Source of the DNA: Candidatus Micrarchaeota archaeon
GTDB taxonomy: Archaea; Micrarchaeota; Micrarchaeia; Micrarchaeales; Micrarchaeaceae
Reading direction: 5' to 3'
Length of the DNA stretch: 55,297 nt
Assembly: GCA_027365735.1 (NCBI GenBank)
Contig: DAHXLY010000032.1
Location: 1 to 55,297 of the forward strand
Positions 51,397 to 55,297 of the stretch are shown here, piece by piece. The position numbers and the translations under genes were made by a program. The first letter of the stretch is position 1. Each line of letters opens with the position of its first letter. Below the pieces are notes generated by a model. That model had not been told where the DNA came from. It did not search any database and worked only from the letters and a program-made list of their open reading frames with translations.

Positions 51397-52422
51397 TCAT
51401 TTCGGGAGCAACTCCACGAGCCTCTGCATCGCAGACTGCGCCGCCTCCCTGAGATGCTTGGTGTCGATCTGCTGCAGCGATGTCGGCAGCTCCACGCCCG
51501 CGGCCGCCGGCTGCTTGGACCTCTGCTTCATGTTCTTGAAGACTGCATATCTGCTCTCATCAAGCTTGCTGATCTTCGGCTCGCTCGGGGCGGTCAGGAG
51601 CGTTGGTTCCGCGACCTGCATGAGCTCGGTTCCAAGCAGTATTGCGGTTACCACCGCCGGTACGTGGCGCCCCTCTCCCTCATCTTTCATGTGGGTGACC
51701 GCTGGCTTCTGAACAGCCAGGCTCAGCGCCCTCTTTGAAACTCCCCAATGTTTGAAAATATTGACATGTATCCTCTGCTGCCTCGGGTCCCATGTGTTGA
51801 GCCTTGGTATCAGTTCGCGCATGTGCACCCCGATGTTTATGTTCCTAACCTGTTCGCTCGTCATGGTGACCTTTGGCTTGTCGTCCGCCTTTGGCACGCC
51901 AACTTCCTTCTGCACCCCTGCATTCTGGACATCCGCCATCTTCGGGGGCACAAGACTCTTCGGCGCCTCCACCGGCTTCAGGAACGGCTGTGCTATGATG
52001 TGTGGCTTCGGCCTCCTCTTCTCGGTCAGGTCCTCCGGCTGGCCGGTCTCTGGAGATATTGGTTCCTCAGCCTTCTTTATCTCTGCAATCTTCTTCTCAA
52101 TTGCAACCGCCACCTTCTTCGCTCTGACTCTCTCTGGTGCCTTAGGCCTGCTCGCCTTGGCATTTGCCATCATGTCCTCCACTTGGATCGCCGGCTCATC
52201 ATCCGTGTTTTGGGATGGCCTGTTCTTTTGGAGCTCGCTGAAATGCAACATCGTCACCGGTGGCCTTATCTCCTCTTCCACATTCGGCTGCTCCCGTTCA
52301 GAAGGGTCCTCCCTCCTCCACCTCAGGGAGTTCTCCGGCTCATGCAGGCCCCTGAAGTTGAGCCTGTCAGTAGCCGGTTTCTTTATCCTTGATGTGGTTT
52401 CTGATTCGTCCATCTTTCCCAC
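51397..52422 (-). CDS. hypothetical protein (disordered Lys/Glu/Pro-rich N-half, ordered C-half)
   Basis: 341 aa. Two long plus-strand ORFs (51748..52392, 51752..52462) are Ser/Phe/Leu/Cys-rich mirror artefacts. No recognised motif. Confidence 0.6.
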   Translation of the reverse strand: MGKMDESETTSRIKKPATDRLNFRGLHEPENSLRWRREDPSEREQPNVEEEIRPPVTMLHFSELQKNRPSQNTDDEPAIQVEDMMANAKASRPKAPERVRAKKVAVAIEKKIAEIKKAEEPISPETGQPEDLTEKRRPKPHIIAQPFLKPVEAPKSLVPPKMADVQNAGVQKEVGVPKADDKPKVTMTSEQVRNINIGVHMRELIPRLNTWDPRQQRIHVNIFKHWGVSKRALSLAVQKPAVTHMKDEGEGRHVPAVVTAILLGTELMQVAEPTLLTAPSEPKISKLDESRYAVFKNMKQRSKQPAAAGVELPTSLQQIDTKHLREAAQSAMQRLVELLPK

Positions 52423-52626
52423 TTCATTACTCTGGTATGCTATTGAATTTTGTGATATTTAAGTAGCTCGAAAATGAGCTAAAATACGAAGAAATTTCGC
52501 TTTTTTGAGACCTCCTGAATTATGCCATTTTTTCTGTTTCCCTCTGTGATTCAATCACTCCCACCTAATATTTAAGCCTTTTGTGAAGTTTCGGTCGGTT
52601 TGACGTCGTACTTCCGCTATTCGGCC

Positions 52627-52689
52627 AGGGAAAAAGAAGGAGAAAAGAGGAAAAAAGAAAAGAGGAAAAAGGAAAGGGAAAAAGGAAAA
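52627..52689. repeat. 63-nt uninterrupted polypurine (A/G) tract
   Basis: The 63-nt stretch 52627-52689 (AGGGAAAAAG...AAAGGAAAA) contains no pyrimidine on the plus strand. It is built of loose GGAAAA/GAGGAAAA units. Confidence 0.9.
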
Positions 52690-52706
52690 TGCGGGCCCCA
52701 GCCCGC
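52627..52706 (-). terminator. hairpin plus long pyrimidine/T-rich run downstream of 52715..53326
   Basis: On the minus strand the stop (52715) is followed by the hairpin GCGGGC-TGGG-GCCCGC (52691-52706) and then TTTTCCTTTTTCCCTTTCCTTTTTCC... Oligo-T runs are archaeal termination signals. Confidence 0.45.
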
Positions 52707-52714
52707 TTGCAGAA

Positions 52715-53326
52715 TTACGGGTGCGGAAGCCACAATGACGGGAATGCGATGCCCGCGATGAGCAGGATCACACCATATATTATGACCAGCACAGCCGAGC
52801 CGACAGCCCACGTCATGAACGTGGCGAAGTAGCTGCTCGTCTTCTGCAGGTTCGTCAGCGCGATGATTGTGACCAGCACGCTCCATAGCCCTGTGAACCA
52901 TGAGACGAACGGTATCCATGAGAATGCGACCCACGCACATGCGCCGTAGACCAACGCAGAAAGCGTTGTCTTGAAGTCGTTCTTCTTGAATGTCTTCAGC
53001 TGGTGGCCCGTCCAGTTGATGAACCATGCGCTGATCAACAGCCCGATCGGCACCAACAGCAGGTAGCCCAACAGCGTCACGAGTATGATGCTTCCTGTCA
53101 ATCCTAGCGCGCCGAGCGTCCCTCCAAACCTTCCGAGGATGGACGAGTAATACACCGCGAATCCACCGCCTACGAAGAGTTCGCCTAGTATGAGGATAAC
53201 CAAAGGTATTATCGCTACCCTGTAGTACATCTTCATGGCCTCTTCGACCTTCCATACCTTGACCGTCCTCTTCTCGGGGTTGAGGAACACGTCTATCGCC
53301 CATTTGAACTGGTCCCAGACCATCAT
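52715..53326 (-). CDS. integral membrane protein (Yip1-like topology)
   Basis: 203 aa with five hydrophobic helices after a short soluble N-terminus. The family call is weak. Confidence 0.6.
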   Translation of the reverse strand: MMVWDQFKWAIDVFLNPEKRTVKVWKVEEAMKMYYRVAIIPLVILILGELFVGGGFAVYYSSILGRFGGTLGALGLTGSIILVTLLGYLLLVPIGLLISAWFINWTGHQLKTFKKNDFKTTLSALVYGACAWVAFSWIPFVSWFTGLWSVLVTIIALTNLQKTSSYFATFMTWAVGSAVLVIIYGVILLIAGIAFPSLWLPHP

Positions 53327-53387
53327 TGAATCACAAAAGTGATTGTGAGGAAAGGTTTAAAAACCAACCACCACATTTATCTGTCGG

Positions 53388-53687
53388 GTGGTCGTCGTGG
53401 AATCGCTCTCATACGAGGTGAAAAACGAGGCGAAGGTGCGCCAGGCGCTCGAGTCGCTCGTCGAGGACAAGGAGCGGAGGCTTTTCGGCGGAAGGGGGAT
53501 AGTCAACCTACTCCCCACCAGCAACGGCGTCTCGATCGAGCTGGAGGACGGCTCGTCGGTGAGCGTAGAGATTACGAGCGACAAGAAGGTAGAGGTATTT
53601 CTCGGTGCGCAGACCCAGAGGGAGTTGGACGAGCTGAAGGGCGCGGTCGACAGGTTCCTCGGGCAGAAGTTGGGTTACAAACCCTAA
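53388..53687 (+). CDS. hypothetical small protein
   Basis: 99 codons from GTG, acidic/helical-beta composition, no motif recognised. Lies immediately upstream of the family module at 53724. Confidence 0.45.
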   Translation: MVVVESLSYEVKNEAKVRQALESLVEDKERRLFGGRGIVNLLPTSNGVSIELEDGSSVSVEITSDKKVEVFLGAQTQRELDELKGAVDRFLGQKLGYKP

Positions 53688-53723
53688 TGCAATCAACGGC
53701 CCCAGCAGTGCAGAACTAAGGTG

Positions 53724-53804
53724 CAAAATAACAACCTCCAGCACCGCTTTTGCTCTTTTCCACAGCCATTAAATATCAGAAAAAACCACACCCTGGCGAT
53801 AGAT
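53724..53804 (+). promoter_or_regulatory. conserved 5' module of the family, copy D
   Basis: CAAAATAACAACCTCCAGCACCGCTTTTGCTCTTTTCCACAGCCATTAAATATCAGAAAAAACCACACCCTGGCGATAGAT-ATG, with TATA at 53769-53776. Confidence 0.6.
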
Positions 53805-54587
53805 ATGCAGGGAATGATGCAGCTGAAGCCACCAAAGCCGTATACGGTCAGCCCGGAGGCCCTCAAGGCGATAGAGGATCTTCCTCCCTTAAGGACAACT
53901 TCCACAGATGGAATGCGCGCCAAACCGCAAAATATGCAATCGGCGATAGTCCCGACTGGAAGGAACCAGTCATGGCTGGATGCAAGATTGGCATTGGACA
54001 GGGAGGGAAAGAGGATGCCTACGAATGTGGATTACGATAAAGTATTAGTCGGGTCGGAAAAGTGGAGGGAAATAAGGAATGTTTTCCCCGCATGGACCGA
54101 CAGCGTATTGGTCTATCCTGCAAAGAACGGAGAGTTCAATGCGGGAAGGGATGTTGTAGACGCTTTTAAGGACGGTGCGGGAAACGAATGGGTATTCTCC
54201 GCCGCTTCAATTCCAAAAGAGGCGATAGGGAGGAAGGGAGTGGGGATACACATAGACCATCCAGCAATAGAGGTGCGCGGAAAGACCGTAATACTGTCCG
54301 CAGGACCGGAAAGCACAGTAACAGTACTTGAAAATTTCATTCAGGAAAGCGGAAAGACGGGAAAGGTCGACGAAAAGACAAGAGTGCCTCTGGCGGTTTC
54401 GAATGTCAATAATCTTCCTGCAGAACAGATGAGACGGCTCTGGAGAATTGATGGAGCAGGAGTAAGGCCTCTGGTCCGCGACCTCTACGGCTACGGCAAC
54501 AGGGACAGGCGGCTCGTCGGCGCGAACGGCAGGCAGGACATCCGTTTCGGGGTGGCGCTGGTCGAAACAGAAAATCCAAAGGTGTAA
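53805..54587 (+). CDS. LKPPKPYT(V)S-headed protein with a divergent 240-aa body (copy D)
   Basis: MQGMMQLKPPKPYTVSPEALKAIEDLPP..., after which it cannot be aligned by eye with the 190-aa type. The start at 53805 was chosen by homology of head and promoter; the listed 53721 start reads through the TATA box. Confidence 0.8.
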   Translation: MQGMMQLKPPKPYTVSPEALKAIEDLPPLRTTSTDGMRAKPQNMQSAIVPTGRNQSWLDARLALDREGKRMPTNVDYDKVLVGSEKWREIRNVFPAWTDSVLVYPAKNGEFNAGRDVVDAFKDGAGNEWVFSAASIPKEAIGRKGVGIHIDHPAIEVRGKTVILSAGPESTVTVLENFIQESGKTGKVDEKTRVPLAVSNVNNLPAEQMRRLWRIDGAGVRPLVRDLYGYGNRDRRLVGANGRQDIRFGVALVETENPKV

Positions 54588-54589
54588 TC

Positions 54590-55174
54590 ATGGCATCAAC
54601 AACATTCCAATTGAAACCACCAAAGCCATACACGATCAGCCAGGAGGCCCTGGACGCGATACTCGCGGAACCATCGCCAATCGAGCCGAGGAGACCGCCG
54701 CAGCCGGAGCCGCAGGCGGCGCAGCAGGCTGACAAAAACGGCTTCAAGCAGGTAAAGGGCGCTACCGGAAAGACGTTGCACATCCTTGAAAAATGGGCAG
54801 ATTATTCGGATTCGATGGAACTTCTCTCGGAGGCGGGACTGAAGCCGCCGTCATACCAGGAAATCCTTTCTCTTCTAATGGAGGACGAACAGCTCAGGAA
54901 CGCCCTGCAAGAAAAGTGGTTCTGGCTTGCAGGAGAGGGTATGAAAAAGAACGGAATATTCACAATCAGTGAGAAGGGGGAAATCAGGAAAATTAGGTGG
55001 AGAGAAAAACTCTCGTTAGAGCGGAAGGTTCATGTTTATAAGGGAAATCAGCCGCTGTCGTTCCGTGTCTATTCAGACGCCCCTGCCGCCGACCATGGCT
55101 GGCGTTTCGCCCTGGATGCCTACGCCGTGCCTCATAATGTCGCTCCGGTGGTGGTCGGGGTGCCAAAAACTTAG
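54590..55174 (+). CDS. LKPPKPYTIS-family protein, copy E (194 aa), unknown function
   Basis: MASTTFQLKPPKPYTISQEALDAILAEPSPIEPRRPPQPEPQAAQQADKNGFKQVKGATGKTLHILEK... The start is 2 nt after the copy D stop, and it has no promoter module of its own. Confidence 0.85.
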   Translation: MASTTFQLKPPKPYTISQEALDAILAEPSPIEPRRPPQPEPQAAQQADKNGFKQVKGATGKTLHILEKWADYSDSMELLSEAGLKPPSYQEILSLLMEDEQLRNALQEKWFWLAGEGMKKNGIFTISEKGEIRKIRWREKLSLERKVHVYKGNQPLSFRVYSDAPAADHGWRFALDAYAVPHNVAPVVVGVPKT

Positions 55175-55186
55175 ATGCTCTCAGCG

Positions 55187-55297
55187 CCTGCCCCTGCAGT
55201 CCGCCGGCACTATGCTCGGCCTCCCGGTCTGGGACTGGAGGAATCCGGATAACTGCTCTCGCGGCGAGGTGTATCCCTGCCTGAGAAGATGTTCGGG
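55187..55297 (-). CDS. possible C-terminal fragment of a gene extending beyond the window
   Basis: The minus strand is open from the window edge to TGA at 55187-55189 (...LRQGYTSPREQLSGFLQSQTGRPSIVPADCRGRR*). Too short to classify. Confidence 0.2.

Noticed and set aside
52617-53303. A 228-aa ORF on the minus strand reading through the polypurine tract.
   Set aside because: Its C-terminus (FPFSLSFFLFSFFLFSPSFS) is just the translated pyrimidine run. The overlapping 52715-53326 frame gives a coherent multi-TM protein.

Overview
The window is a gene-dense archaeal chromosome segment dominated by information-processing genes. These include hisS, family-B DNA polymerase, MetAP, class II RNR, RNase HII, aIF2-alpha, L44e, a GINS-like protein, TFE, the rpoD-L18e-L13-S9-rpoN-S2 cluster, RadA, diphthine synthase, tRNA-splicing endonuclease, L15e, the L3-L4-L23-L2-S19-L22-S3 operon, AglB, Rpp21 and PCNA. 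I read nine tRNA genes from the sequence, one of them intron-containing. Several traits are consistent with a small-genome DPANN/Micrarchaeota-like archaeon, but that is inference only: a 381-aa multi-unit EndA, a tRNA-Ile(UAU), a Cys-free minimal RpoD, eroded archaeal gene clusters, mostly leaderless genes behind a TTTAAATA-type TATA box, and Lys-rich extensions on TFE, S9 and L22. The most unusual signal is an unrecognised paralog family with five full ORFs and one 35-codon remnant. All members begin with the peptide (M/F)QLKPPKPYT(I/V)S. Four members carry the same ~80-nt upstream module containing the TATA box. Nucleotide identity is near-perfect at the 5' ends and decays toward the 3' ends. 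One member joins the shared head to a different body. Two loci are tightly coupled tandem pairs, and one copy sits where the ribosomal-protein operon breaks off after rps3. Secondary items are a HerA-type ATPase fused to an Hjc-like nuclease module that overlaps the ubiA-family gene by 176 nt, a decayed bacterial-type LD-carboxypeptidase pseudogene, a degenerate PLD-like protein, a possible CheD-like fold, two unassigned intergenic regions with RNA-like features, and a 63-nt pure polypurine tract. No rRNA, CRISPR array, transposase or integrase was seen.
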